Below are positions 7,610-17,080 of a stretch of 46,850 nt of DNA, piece after piece. Position 1 is the first letter of the stretch. Every line of letters begins with the position of its first letter. Source of the stretch: an uncultured bacterium. GTDB taxonomy: Bacteria; RBG-13-66-14; B26-G2; WVWN01. The notes below the pieces were generated by a model. It did not search any database, was not told the origin of the DNA, and saw only the letters and a list, made by a program, of their open reading frames with translations. A program made the position numbers and the translations under genes. The DNA lies in NCBI GenBank assembly GCA_965602215.1, contig CBFCYS010000001.1, positions 1-46,850 on the forward strand, read 5' to 3'.

Positions 7610-8362
7610 TTAATCCGGAACGCGGGCCTCGGGTTCCTCATCGGCGATGGGCGGCCCGACGCGCCACGTCCCGAACAATTTTTTTAACCGTCGGACGAAT
7701 AAAAACAGGAAATTCCTCGAGCCGTCGCGCCACAGCGAAAGCTTGGATTCGCCCCGCCGCTTGACGTAGTGGAAATGGACCGGGACCTCGCGCGCGTGGA
7801 GGAGGCGGCGGTTTTCAAACACCTCCAGTTTCAATTCCTCCGAGAACGGCATACCGTCCGACGTAACGTTTACGCGCTCGAGTACGTCGCGTTTAAAACA
7901 CCACATCCCGGATTGCGAGTCCCGGACCCGGAACCAGTACAGGAGTGCGATCGTGAGGTTGAAGACGCGGTTGCCGAGGAAGCGTAGAATATAATCTAAG
8001 TTCTCTTGCCAATCGGCGGCGATGCGCCAGGCGCTGATAAAATCCAACTCGTCGGCGACGAGGATGTCGATAAGATAAGGTATGGCGTTAACGGGGTAAG
8101 TCGCGTCGCCGTCCAACGTGCAGATAACGTCGCCCGTGGCCTGCGACAGGCCGGACTTGTACGCCCGGCCGTAACCCGGGCGCGCCTCGAAGACAACCTT
8201 GGCGCCCCCCTCCCGGGCGACTACGCCGGTCCGGTCGCTCGAGTTATTGTCCACCACGATGACCTCGTCGACGAAGGAGGGCATTTGCCGCAAACATTCC
8301 TCGACGCCCTCTTCTTCGTTGTAGCAGGGCATCACGACCGATATTTTTAAACCGTGGCGCAT
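7610..8362 (-). CDS. Glycosyltransferase family 2 (polyprenol-phosphate sugar synthase-like)
   Basis: 250 aa. ISVVMPCYNEEEGV...VIVVDNNSSDRT...LDGDATYP is the GT-A DxD architecture. Confidence 0.85.
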   Translation of the reverse strand: MRHGLKISVVMPCYNEEEGVEECLRQMPSFVDEVIVVDNNSSDRTGVVAREGGAKVVFEARPGYGRAYKSGLSQATGDVICTLDGDATYPVNAIPYLIDILVADELDFISAWRIAADWQENLDYILRFLGNRVFNLTIALLYWFRVRDSQSGMWCFKRDVLERVNVTSDGMPFSEELKLEVFENRRLLHAREVPVHFHYVKRRGESKLSLWRDGSRNFLFLFVRRLKKLFGTWRVGPPIADEEPEARVPD

Positions 8363-8380
8363 AATCGACCGAACCTTAAC

Positions 8381-9382
8381 TCAATATCTTCTTCGTAGCA
8401 AGAAATAACTCGCCGTTCCCCACGCCCCGCCGGCAAAACTGAAAGCGAGCTCGAGCGGAAGAAACGCCAACGCGCCTAACACCATAGATACGCCGCGACG
8501 CGCCAGGAACGCCAGCCACCGGAAGTTCAAAGCGTAGACGGCGACGAGCGTCGCCGCCGCGCCCGGCGCGGCCCACTCCCAGGCGAACGGCGCCAGCGCC
8601 GCCCACAACAAAAAGAGCATCGGCGCCGGCAACGATAATATAAACGACGTCGGCACGGACGTACGGTTGCCTCCCGCGCCGCGGCGCCTTCCCATCCGCA
8701 ATATGCACCGCGTCAACGCCGCGCCCCGCCGGAACGCGGTCAGGAGCGCGCCTAAGGTACTATATACCTTCCGGTGCTCGACTTCGACGTCCTTGTCCAA
8801 TAAAATCCGGACGCCGCGCGCGGCCAACGTTCGCCCGAAGGCGGTATCCTCCACCGACGGCCTCTTATAACCTTCGTCCATCCCGCCGGCCGCCAGGAAT
8901 ACGTCTTTCTTGATCGACGCGCAGCTGGTATAGAAAAGGTCCACCCACGCCGGCAGCTGCAGATACGTGAAACGCATCCAGAGGTTTTTGTATTTGCTGG
9001 CGAAATCCGGCAGCGCCGGCAGCTCGGCCTCCACCCCCAGGACGGCGTCGACGCCGTCGCCGTACGAGGCCGCGACGTCCTCGAATATACCGACCGGGAC
9101 GAAGACGTCGGCGTCTACGAAGAGGAGGACGTCGTTGCGGGCGGCGCGCGCGCCGGCGTTGCGGGCCGCGGCGGGGCCCGGGCCGCCGTCGTTCGGTACG
9201 ACGCGGAGCTTGGCGTTCTCCGGCAAAGCCGCCAGCGAGCCGTCGGTCACGCGGTCGTCGACGACGACCACCTCGCCGGGAGGCGGCTCGGCCGCAAGCG
9301 CCGTCCGTACGGCCGCCGCCGCCAACGGCGCGCCGTTCCCCACCGGCATAACCACGGATATATCGGAAGCTCGGTACGTCAT
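8381..9382 (-). CDS. Glycosyltransferase family 2 with C-terminal membrane segments
   Basis: 333 aa. ISVVMPVGNG...VVVVDDRVTDGS...LLFVDADV, followed by a hydrophobic C-terminal third. Confidence 0.8.
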   Translation of the reverse strand: MTYRASDISVVMPVGNGAPLAAAAVRTALAAEPPPGEVVVVDDRVTDGSLAALPENAKLRVVPNDGGPGPAAARNAGARAARNDVLLFVDADVFVPVGIFEDVAASYGDGVDAVLGVEAELPALPDFASKYKNLWMRFTYLQLPAWVDLFYTSCASIKKDVFLAAGGMDEGYKRPSVEDTAFGRTLAARGVRILLDKDVEVEHRKVYSTLGALLTAFRRGAALTRCILRMGRRRGAGGNRTSVPTSFILSLPAPMLFLLWAALAPFAWEWAAPGAAATLVAVYALNFRWLAFLARRGVSMVLGALAFLPLELAFSFAGGAWGTASYFLLRRRY

Positions 9383-9502
9383 TTTTCTGGGATTAAACCG
9401 CGCCGGCCTATCGCCGGAGTCTCGCCCGACGGTGGCGTCGCTCCCACGATACTTCTACCGGCGTCGATTTCGTGTTAAACTAACGCCGTCTTTACGCCGA
9501 TT

Positions 9503-10330
9503 ATGTCCGAACGCCCTAAAATATTCGCGCTCTTCGGCGCGGCCGCTAACGACTCTTTGTGCCCCGCGACGCTTAACGCCGCCTTCGCCGCCGCGGACTT
9601 GAAATGGCCGTACGTACCGTTCCGGGCCGACGGCGAAACGCTGGCCGGCCTATTCGCGCGGTTGACGACCGACGGCCTGGCCGGCGCCAACTTCATCTAT
9701 CCGTGCGAGGAGGCCGCGGCCTCCCTCTGCACCGAACTCTCCCCCGAAGCGGCTACGCTGGCCGCGGTAGACGCCGTTCGCTGCACCGCGGGCGCGGTGG
9801 AAGGATTTAAACTCGACGTTTGCGCCTTCGCGCGCTCACTGGACGAATTGGGGTTGGACGTCGCCGGCAAGCCGGCGTTGGTCCTGGGCGCCGGGCCCGC
9901 CGGCCGGGCTTGCGGCCTCGTACTCGAGCAAGCCGGCGCCGCCGTCACGTACGCCGTGCGCGACGCAACGCGGCCGCGGCCGGGGGTTTCGAGCCAGGCC
10001 GCAGTCGTCAGGATGGAGGACGCGCCGGCCCTTCTGGTTAAAAAAAATCCGGTTGCGCTTGTTAACACCGCGCCTGCGACGCCGGCCGCTGAAGCACCTC
10101 CGCTCAACTACGACGCGATACCCGACGATTGTTTCGTATACGACCTGACCAGTACCAGCCGGACGCCCTTACTGGGAGCGGCGGAAGGCCGCGGCCTCCG
10201 CCACGCCGACGGCCTGGCTATGTTCCTCTATAAAAGTTGCCTCGCGTTCGAGATATGGACCGGAAGCGAAGCCCCGTTCGACGTAATGCGTCGCGCCGCC
10301 GCGGCGGAACTCGCCAGGCGCGACTTGTAG
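9503..10330 (+). CDS. aroE: Shikimate dehydrogenase-like protein
   Basis: 275 aa. It has a Rossmann motif LVLGAGPAGRA and the overall AroE layout. The N-terminal substrate motif is divergent. It is convergent with aroK. Confidence 0.65.
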   Translation: MSERPKIFALFGAAANDSLCPATLNAAFAAADLKWPYVPFRADGETLAGLFARLTTDGLAGANFIYPCEEAAASLCTELSPEAATLAAVDAVRCTAGAVEGFKLDVCAFARSLDELGLDVAGKPALVLGAGPAGRACGLVLEQAGAAVTYAVRDATRPRPGVSSQAAVVRMEDAPALLVKKNPVALVNTAPATPAAEAPPLNYDAIPDDCFVYDLTSTSRTPLLGAAEGRGLRHADGLAMFLYKSCLAFEIWTGSEAPFDVMRRAAAAELARRDL

Positions 10331-10334
10331 GGCA

Positions 10335-10862
10335 TTACTCTTCACTCGTCACCCCCACCAATTCGATAATCCGGTCGACGACCTCCGCCGGCATAAGCTC
10401 TTCGGTTTGAATTTGCAGCGGTACTTTGTCATATACCGCGCGCCGCTCCGCCTTAAGCTCGCTGATGCGGGCGAGCGGGTCGGCGCTCTGGAGCAGCGCG
10501 CGCGGCGCTTCGCCCTCGAGCCGTTTTTGAATGGTTTCGGGGCTGGCGCGCAACGCCACCACGGCGCCGGATTCCTCAAAGCGGCGGTAATTCTTGTCGT
10601 CGAGGATCGCGCCGCCGCCCGCGGCCACGACCAAACCCCGCTGCGACGCGAGCTCGGCCACCAGCAGGTTCTCTTCGTCCCGGTACCGACCTTCGCCGAA
10701 ACGGGCGAAGATACCGGGGATGGATTCGCCCAGCCGCTCGGCGATGACGGCGTCCATATCTACGAACCGCCGCCGGAGCCTCCCCGCCAGCAACTTGCCG
10801 ACGACCGTCTTTCCGACCCCGGAAAAACCCACCAGGTAGATATTATCCTCGGGAGTTATCAT
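10335..10862 (-). CDS. aroK: Shikimate kinase
   Basis: I trimmed to ATG 10862 (GGAGG 6 nt upstream). The sequence has IYLVGFSGVGKTVVGKLLA (P-loop), FVDMD and GE..YRD.E. Confidence 0.85.
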   Translation of the reverse strand: MITPEDNIYLVGFSGVGKTVVGKLLAGRLRRRFVDMDAVIAERLGESIPGIFARFGEGRYRDEENLLVAELASQRGLVVAAGGGAILDDKNYRRFEESGAVVALRASPETIQKRLEGEAPRALLQSADPLARISELKAERRAVYDKVPLQIQTEELMPAEVVDRIIELVGVTSEE

Positions 10863-10967
10863 ACGGCGCCTCCGCACGCCGAGCGAGGTTACCATACCGC
10901 GGCGACGGGTGTCAACAACGCGACGAAGGCCCGCGGTCTCCCGGGAAGGGCGCCCGTTAACGCGCGC

Positions 10968-10996
10968 TTGCCGCGGCGCCGCCGTTGTGGTATTAT
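10968..10996 (+). promoter_or_regulatory. Candidate promoter of prfB
   Basis: TTGCCG-17 nt-TATTAT with an extended -10 (TGg immediately upstream), 27 nt before ATG 11024. Confidence 0.45.
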
Positions 10997-11023
10997 CCTC
11001 AGCATAGATACGGAGCCCTGATT

Positions 11024-12137
11024 ATGGAAGATATAAGCGAGCTCGAGCAAAGGCTGGACAGGCTTTCTCATACGGTGGACGACGTCCGGGACGGTCTTTG
11101 ACCCGGAAAAAATCGCCAACCGCATCGTCGACCTCGAGGAGAAGGCCGCCGCGCCGGACCTCTGGGGAAACCACGACCAGGCCCAAAAGCTGCTGGCCGA
11201 GCTAAGTCGCCTTAAAAAACGGGCCGAAGCGTTCGCCGCCGCCGAAAAAAAACTCGAGGACCTGGGCGTCTTTTACCAGCTCTGCCTCGAAGAACAGGCG
11301 GCCTGCGCCGACTTCGGCAGCGAACTCTCGACGCTGGAAGAAGAGGTCGAGCGCCTCTCGCTATTGACTTTCCTGGGGGGCCGTTACGACGGTTCCGACG
11401 CCATAGTCGAGGTTAAACCCGGCGCCGGTGGCGTGGACGCCGCCGATTGGGCCGAGATGCTCTTTCGGATGTACCTCAAGTGGTCCGAAGCGCGCGGCTA
11501 CCGATGCGACGTCCTGGCGGCCGAAGCGGCGGAGGAGGCCGGCGTACGATTCGCCGTATTCGAAGTGCACGGCGACTACGCGTACGGCAACCTGAGCTGC
11601 GAGGCGGGCGTACACCGCCTGGTCCGGATATCGCCCTTCGACCAAAAGAGTCGGCGCCATACGTCGTTCGCCAACGTAGCCGTATGGCCCAAACTCGACG
11701 AGACGGTGGAAGTCGAGATCGACGAGGGCAACCTTAAAATAGATACCTTCCGTTCGTCGGGGCCCGGCGGCCAGCACGTGAACGTTACGGACTCGGCGGT
11801 GCGCATCACCCACCTCCCCACCGGCATCGTCGTGTGCTGCCAGGCCGAGCGCTCGCAGCATCTAAACCGACTTCGGGCGCTGGCGGTACTACGTTCGAAA
11901 TTGCACAAGTTAAAAGAGGACGAACACCGCGCCCGCGTCGAGGACCTTAAAGGGCCCAAGCACGATATCGCGTGGGGGAACCAGATACGCTCGTACGTCC
12001 TCTTCCCGTACCAGCTGGTCAAAGACCTGCGGACGGGGCACGAAACGAACAACGTCGACCGCGTCCTCGACGGCGGCCTTGACGAGTTGATCGCCGCCGC
12101 CCTGAAGTGGCGCGGTACGAAGGGGGGCCGGGAATGA
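11024..12137 (+). CDS. prfB: Peptide chain release factor 2, requires a programmed +1 frameshift
   Basis: Frame 0 reads MEDISELEQRLDRLSHTVDDVRDGL and then TGA (11099..11101). The +1 frame from 11100 continues DPEKIANRIVDLEEKAAAPDLWGNHDQAQ... into track ORF 11364..12137. The RF2-specific SPF motif (RISPFD) and GGQ (SGPGGQHVN) are both present. Confidence 0.9.
11096..11102 (+). promoter_or_regulatory. RF2 autoregulatory +1 frameshift site CTT TGA C
   Basis: The exact canonical slippery/stop heptamer CUU UGA C lies at codon 26, with a G-rich SD-like stretch (cgggacgg) just upstream. Confidence 0.85.
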
Positions 12138-12754
12138 CGCTCGAAAGGTTTTTTAGAACGGCGCTGCGCGGCCCGGCGACGGCCGCTACGGCTATCCTGG
12201 TAATGAGTACTGCCGCCGGCGGCGAAGAGCTCGTCACGCCGGCGTACCCGGCGGATATCCGCGATAAGCCGTTCGAAGTCAACGTCGTCGTTTGCGGCGC
12301 GTCGGAGGCCGGCGAACCCGGCGTTTGCAGGGTCATATATAACGACGGCCCGGACTCGTTCGCGGACGCCGCCTCCGCCGCGTTCGGAAAATGCACGTTC
12401 GAGCCGGCTCGCGAGCGCGCCACTATCTGGTACGAATTCCGCCTGTTGCGCGAAACGAAAGTGGCGGACGCCTCGCGCGAACCGGAAAGGGAATTCGACG
12501 CCGCGCCGGAACTGGTAGCGTCCGTCGCGCCCACCTTTCCGGCCGGCGCGCCGTCGCTGAGGACCGAAATCTCGCTGGCCTTGTTCATCGGCCCCGACGG
12601 CAGCGTCTGGTACGCGGAACAGGCCGACGGCGGCGCGGACCCGCTCTACGTCGAACGGGCACTCGCCGCGGCGCGCGAGTTCACATTCGAGCCGGCGGTC
12701 TTGAAGGGCGAACCGACGGCCACGTGGTGGCCGTTTATAATCGAATTTAAATAA
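12134..12754 (+). CDS. Secreted protein with two TonB C-terminal-like repeats
   Basis: I trimmed to ATG 12134 (ATGA overlap with the prfB stop). A signal-like N-terminus is followed by two segments ending ...FGKCTFEPA and ...AREFTFEPA, as in TonB_C. Confidence 0.5.
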   Translation: MTLERFFRTALRGPATAATAILVMSTAAGGEELVTPAYPADIRDKPFEVNVVVCGASEAGEPGVCRVIYNDGPDSFADAASAAFGKCTFEPARERATIWYEFRLLRETKVADASREPEREFDAAPELVASVAPTFPAGAPSLRTEISLALFIGPDGSVWYAEQADGGADPLYVERALAAAREFTFEPAVLKGEPTATWWPFIIEFK

Positions 12755-12803
12755 TAACGGCTCACAACCTGTAGTCGAATAGAAACACCAGGTGAGCATA
12801 CTG

Positions 12804-13217
12804 ATGCGTTGGATAATTGTGCCGGCCTTGCTCGCGGCCGCAGCCGCCGCCCAGGACGGCTTCGCCCCGGCGACGCCGATACACGTCGAGCCGCTGGGCG
12901 AAATCGAAATAGTCCCGGGGACGCTCTTTACGGACACGGTGGTACTGAAACTCACCGTCGACGCCGAAGGGCAAATCACGGAGGTCGAGGTGTGGTCGTC
13001 CTCCGGCAACGACGAAATCGACGCTACGGCGTTGGCGGCGGCGCGCAAATGCCTTTTCGCGCCGGCCACCGACGGCGGCGAGCCGGTCGAATCGTTCTAC
13101 CAGATATACTACCGGCTCTCGGCATACAGAACGCGCGAATACCTGAGCGCCGAAGAAAAGGCCGGAACGGCCGAGAAAACCCCTCCCCCTAAGGAGGAAG
13201 ATGACGGAGGAAACTAA
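12804..13217 (+). CDS. Secreted TonB C-terminal-like protein
   Basis: ATG 12804 is preceded by AGGTGAG. The sequence reads MRWIIVPALLAAAAAAQ (signal) then ...LKLTVDAEGQITEVEVWSSSGNDEIDATALAAARKCLFAPA. The 3' end overlaps the lysS start by 17 nt. Confidence 0.5.
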   Translation: MRWIIVPALLAAAAAAQDGFAPATPIHVEPLGEIEIVPGTLFTDTVVLKLTVDAEGQITEVEVWSSSGNDEIDATALAAARKCLFAPATDGGEPVESFYQIYYRLSAYRTREYLSAEEKAGTAEKTPPPKEEDDGGN

Positions 13218-14718
13218 AAGCCTGCGCGACATCCGCCTGGATAAGCTCGCGCGCCTGCGCGAGCGAGGAATCGACCCCTACCCCGTGGAATCGACGCGGA
13301 GCCACGTCATACGCGACGTCACGTCCGCCTTCGACGAGCTCGAGGGCAAAGACGTGGCCGTCGTAGGGCGCGTCACCGCGCTGCGCCCCCACGGCAAAGC
13401 CTCCTTCGCCGACGTAACCGACGCCTCCGGCAAGATGCAATTGTATTTCAAATCGGACATGCTGGGCGATCGCTACGAGCTCTTCGGCCTCCTCGACCTG
13501 GGCGACTTCGTGGGGGCCGCCGGTAAAATATTCAAAACCCGCACCGGCGAGGTAACGGTCGCGGTCGAGGAGTTCGACGTCCTGGCTAAGAGCGTCCGGA
13601 CGCCCCCCATCGTCAAGACCGAAAAGACGGACGAGGGCGAGGTCGTCCACGACGAGTTCGCCGACCCGGAAAAGCGCTACCGGAAGCGCTACCTCGACGT
13701 GATGGTCAACCCGCAGGCGCGGGCGTGCGTACTCACCCACGCCGAGTTGCTGCGGACGGCGCGGCAATACATGGCCCGGCAGGGCTACGCCGAAATCGAG
13801 ACCCCCATCCTCCAGCCGCTGTACGGCGGCGCCAACGCCTGCCCCTTCACCACCTACCACCGCGACCTGGAGATGGACCTCTACCTCCGCATCGCCGACG
13901 AGCTTTACCTCAAGCGGCTGCTCGTCGCCGGCCTGGAGAAAGTTTACGAAATAGGCAAGGACTTCCGCAACGAATCCATCGACCGGACCCACTACCCCGA
14001 GTTCACCATGCTCGAGGCGTACGAGGCGTTCGGCGACTACCGGACGATGATGGCGCTGACGCAGGGCTTGATAATCGCCGCGGCGGAGGAAATCCGGGGG
14101 ACGTTGAAGCTGACGTACCAGCGTCGCGACGTGGACCTCGAGCCGCCGTGGCCCGAAGTATCGATGGTTGATACCCTCAACGAAAAATTGGCGGCGTCCG
14201 GGATAAGCGACGTGCTCGGCTGCGACGAAAAGGAACTGGAGGACGTCCTGCGCATCGGCGAATTCGGCGAGCTGTGGCCCAAAGTCGAAGGGCGCTGGTC
14301 CCGCGGCCGGGCGATAGACGTACTGTTCGACGAGCTGGTCGTTCCGGAGCTCTGGGCGCCGACGTTCGTGGTCGGCTTCCCGGCGGAGCTTTCGCCGCTC
14401 GCGAAGCGTCAACGCGACAACCCGGCGCTGGCGGAGCGGTTCGAGCTATACCTATGTAATATGGAGGTAGCCAACGCCTTCAGCGAGCAGAACGACCCCG
14501 GCGAGCAGCGTAAGGCTTTGGAGGCGCAGGCGGAAGCTCGAGCCGCCGGCGACGAGGAGGCCCAGCAAGTGGACGAGGACTTTCTGGAGGCGCTGGAGTA
14601 CGGCATGCCGCCGGCGGGCGGCCTGGGCGTCGGCGTCGACCGCGTCGCGATGATATTAGCCGACGCGCCCAATATACGGGAGGTAATCGCGTTCCCGCAG
14701 CTCAGGGTGAAAAAGTAA
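13201..14718 (+). CDS. lysS: Lysine--tRNA ligase (class II)
   Basis: 505 aa. It has an OB-fold N-terminus, then EIETPILQ, YLRIADELYLKRL, FRNE and GLGVGVDRVAM, the class II motifs 1-3. Confidence 0.95.
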   Translation: MTEETKSLRDIRLDKLARLRERGIDPYPVESTRSHVIRDVTSAFDELEGKDVAVVGRVTALRPHGKASFADVTDASGKMQLYFKSDMLGDRYELFGLLDLGDFVGAAGKIFKTRTGEVTVAVEEFDVLAKSVRTPPIVKTEKTDEGEVVHDEFADPEKRYRKRYLDVMVNPQARACVLTHAELLRTARQYMARQGYAEIETPILQPLYGGANACPFTTYHRDLEMDLYLRIADELYLKRLLVAGLEKVYEIGKDFRNESIDRTHYPEFTMLEAYEAFGDYRTMMALTQGLIIAAAEEIRGTLKLTYQRRDVDLEPPWPEVSMVDTLNEKLAASGISDVLGCDEKELEDVLRIGEFGELWPKVEGRWSRGRAIDVLFDELVVPELWAPTFVVGFPAELSPLAKRQRDNPALAERFELYLCNMEVANAFSEQNDPGEQRKALEAQAEARAAGDEEAQQVDEDFLEALEYGMPPAGGLGVGVDRVAMILADAPNIREVIAFPQLRVKK

Positions 14719-14742
14719 TGGCTGCCGTCGCGCAATAGGCTC

Positions 14743-15456
14743 ATGCCCACATATACCACCGGCGTAGAAGGAATAGGAATCCCCACCCGCGAGCTCGTCT
14801 TAGGGCTCGTCGGCGTATATAACCGCGCGTACTGGCCCGCGGCGGCCTTCGGCGCCGTCGTCGCTTTCGCCGTGCTCGCGTTCGTATTGGTCAAACCCGG
14901 CGCCTTCAGCGATTTAATAGTCAAAATCTTGCTCAACTTGCTTTGGCTCTGGACCGGCATCATCTTTTTCTGGGGGCGCTTCGCGCCCGAGTTCCACGTC
15001 GCCTACCTCTTCGCCTTCGCCTTTATATTGCAGGGTACTTTTTTATTTATGGACGCCTTCTTCGGAACGTTGGAATTTCGCCCCTTTAAGAGCGCCCCTA
15101 CCCTATTAATAGGGTGCGGCCTGATCGCCGCCGCCGGCGTCTTACACCCGTTTATCTCGAGCTGGCTGGGCCGCGGTTGGCCCGCGTTGCGGCTCGTCGG
15201 CACGGCGCCGGCGTCCACGGCGGCGTTTACGCTGGCCCTACTCACGTTCACGCTCCATAAGCCGAGGCCGCTGTTTTTCGTAATCCCGGCGGCCTGGGCC
15301 CTCGTCGCCGGCGTCTGCGTCGCCGAGGCCTGGCGTTTTTACGAGGAATTGATCCCGGCCGGCGTCGCGGCCGTGGCCATACTTTGTTTCGTAGTCGCCC
15401 TGTGGCGAACGTTGCCCGCACGAGAATCTGAAACCGCTGGAGGAGCTACCTCATGA
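14743..15456 (+). CDS. Polytopic membrane protein, paralog A (possibly DUF6064-like)
   Basis: 237 aa and very hydrophobic. It aligns with the next gene: YNRAYWPA/FNRAVFPA, LEFRP/IEFRP, GWPALRLVG/GWPELALFG. Confidence 0.55.
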   Translation: MPTYTTGVEGIGIPTRELVLGLVGVYNRAYWPAAAFGAVVAFAVLAFVLVKPGAFSDLIVKILLNLLWLWTGIIFFWGRFAPEFHVAYLFAFAFILQGTFLFMDAFFGTLEFRPFKSAPTLLIGCGLIAAAGVLHPFISSWLGRGWPALRLVGTAPASTAAFTLALLTFTLHKPRPLFFVIPAAWALVAGVCVAEAWRFYEELIPAGVAAVAILCFVVALWRTLPARESETAGGATS

Positions 15457-16100
15457 TAACCGCAGAGGCATTTACGTCGTTCCTCGCCGAGTTCAACCGC
15501 GCCGTCTTCCCGGCGCACATCCTCTTCTACCTGCTCGCGATAGGCGCGGCGTTCCTCGTCTTCGCGCGCCCCGGCAAGCGGTCCGACGTCGTCGCTAAAA
15601 GTGTCCTGGCGGCCTTTTGGGCCTGGCTCGGCATTTTTTATATGATATTGTTTTACACGCGGATTAACTCCGCCGGCTACGCCTGGGGGGCGCTATTTCT
15701 CCTGCAGGCGGTTTTCTTCGCCGTCGAAATATTTTGGCCCAAAATAGAATTCCGGCCTTACGTCCACCCGAAACTGGGCCACGTGGGCGCGACCGTCGCC
15801 GGCTGGTCGCTGGTGGGGTACCCGATAACGGCGTTGATACTCAAACACGGCTGGCCCGAGCTGGCGCTCTTCGGCTGCGCGACGCCGATAGCCATATTCA
15901 CCTGCGGCCTGCTGCTCTTCACCTTCGACCGCAAGCCGCGTTGGCGCTTCACGTTCATACCGTTCCTGTGGTCCGTCGTGGGCGGCCTGGGTCCGGCGGT
16001 GCAGTGGCGATACTTCGAAGATTACGCCCTATTCATCGCGGGCGCTTTACTCCTCGCCGCCTGGATATGGGCCTCTTATAAATACAAGAAAAAGAAGTAA
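15453..16100 (+). CDS. Polytopic membrane protein, paralog B
   Basis: 215 aa. Its start overlaps the paralog A stop (ATGA). See the shared motifs listed for paralog A. Confidence 0.55.
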   Translation: MITAEAFTSFLAEFNRAVFPAHILFYLLAIGAAFLVFARPGKRSDVVAKSVLAAFWAWLGIFYMILFYTRINSAGYAWGALFLLQAVFFAVEIFWPKIEFRPYVHPKLGHVGATVAGWSLVGYPITALILKHGWPELALFGCATPIAIFTCGLLLFTFDRKPRWRFTFIPFLWSVVGGLGPAVQWRYFEDYALFIAGALLLAAWIWASYKYKKKK

Positions 16101-16102
16101 TT

Positions 16103-17080
16103 GTGACGGACGGACTCGGCTTAAAAATCGTAGGCCTTAAGAAGACGTACCCGAAGGCGTTCCGGCGACCGGCGGTGGAGGCGATTAAAAATCTCGACCT
16201 CGACGTGCGGGACGGCGAGGTCGTGGGGCTACTCGGGCCTAACGGCGCCGGCAAGACGACGGCCATAAAAGCCGTCTGCGGTTTATTGAAGCCTACCGCC
16301 GGCGAAATATTCATAGGCCCATATTCGCTCGCGCGCGAGCGCCGGCGGGCGCTGGCGCGCATGGCGGTGGTGCTCGAGGGGGACCGCAACCTCCGCTTTC
16401 GGCTAACGGTGAAAGAAAACGTAACCTTTTTCACCACCCTGGCCGGGTGCGACCGGCGGCGCGTCAAGGAAGAGACGCCGGCGGCTCTAGAGCGGTTCCA
16501 CCTAACCGGGAAAGCCGACGAGCAAATACGGAACCTTTCAAAGGGTCAGAAACAGATACTATCGGTCGCCATCGCTTATCTTACGCGGGCCGAGCTCATC
16601 CTCATGGACGAGCCGACGCTTGGCCTGGACGTCCAAACGTCACGGGAACTCCAAAACATCATTCGCGAGATGGCCCGGGAGGGTCGCGCGGTATTGCTGA
16701 CCACCCACGAGATGGCGGTCGCGCAAAAGGTCGCGGACCGCGTCGCCATCGTCACCGAAGGGCGGTTGGTTACGTTTAAGCCGAAGGAAGAGCTCCTGGA
16801 ACATTTCCGTTATCACCAATACACCATACACCTTCGTTGGCCGGAAAAGGCGCCCGGAACTGTCGACTTCGGCGACGGCGACGTCGAAATTATACCCGCC
16901 GGCGACCATCAACGTGATTTAACCCTCCGCCTCCATACAGATAAGAAGGAACGTTTATACGAAATCCTGGCGAAGCTGCGAAACAAGGAATGCGAGATAT
17001 TAGAGGTCGCCCGCCACCAACCCGACCTCGAGCAAGTGTTCCTCTCCGTCGTCGGGAGGGAAAGGGACAAGCCGGCGTGA
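16103..17080 (+). CDS. ABC transporter ATP-binding protein (ABC-2 subfamily type)
   Basis: Walker A GPNGAGKTT, signature LSKGQKQ and Walker B LILMDEPTLGLD. GTG start. Confidence 0.9.
   Translation: MTDGLGLKIVGLKKTYPKAFRRPAVEAIKNLDLDVRDGEVVGLLGPNGAGKTTAIKAVCGLLKPTAGEIFIGPYSLARERRRALARMAVVLEGDRNLRFRLTVKENVTFFTTLAGCDRRRVKEETPAALERFHLTGKADEQIRNLSKGQKQILSVAIAYLTRAELILMDEPTLGLDVQTSRELQNIIREMAREGRAVLLTTHEMAVAQKVADRVAIVTEGRLVTFKPKEELLEHFRYHQYTIHLRWPEKAPGTVDFGDGDVEIIPAGDHQRDLTLRLHTDKKERLYEILAKLRNKECEILEVARHQPDLEQVFLSVVGRERDKPA

Noticed and set aside
11576-14412. Long minus-strand ORFs (497 aa at 11576..13069 and 407 aa at 13189..14412) antisense to prfB, the TonB-C-like genes and lysS
   Set aside because: They are low-complexity and Arg/Ala/Gly-rich. 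They lie opposite strongly conserved RF2 and LysRS coding frames, so they are antisense shadows.
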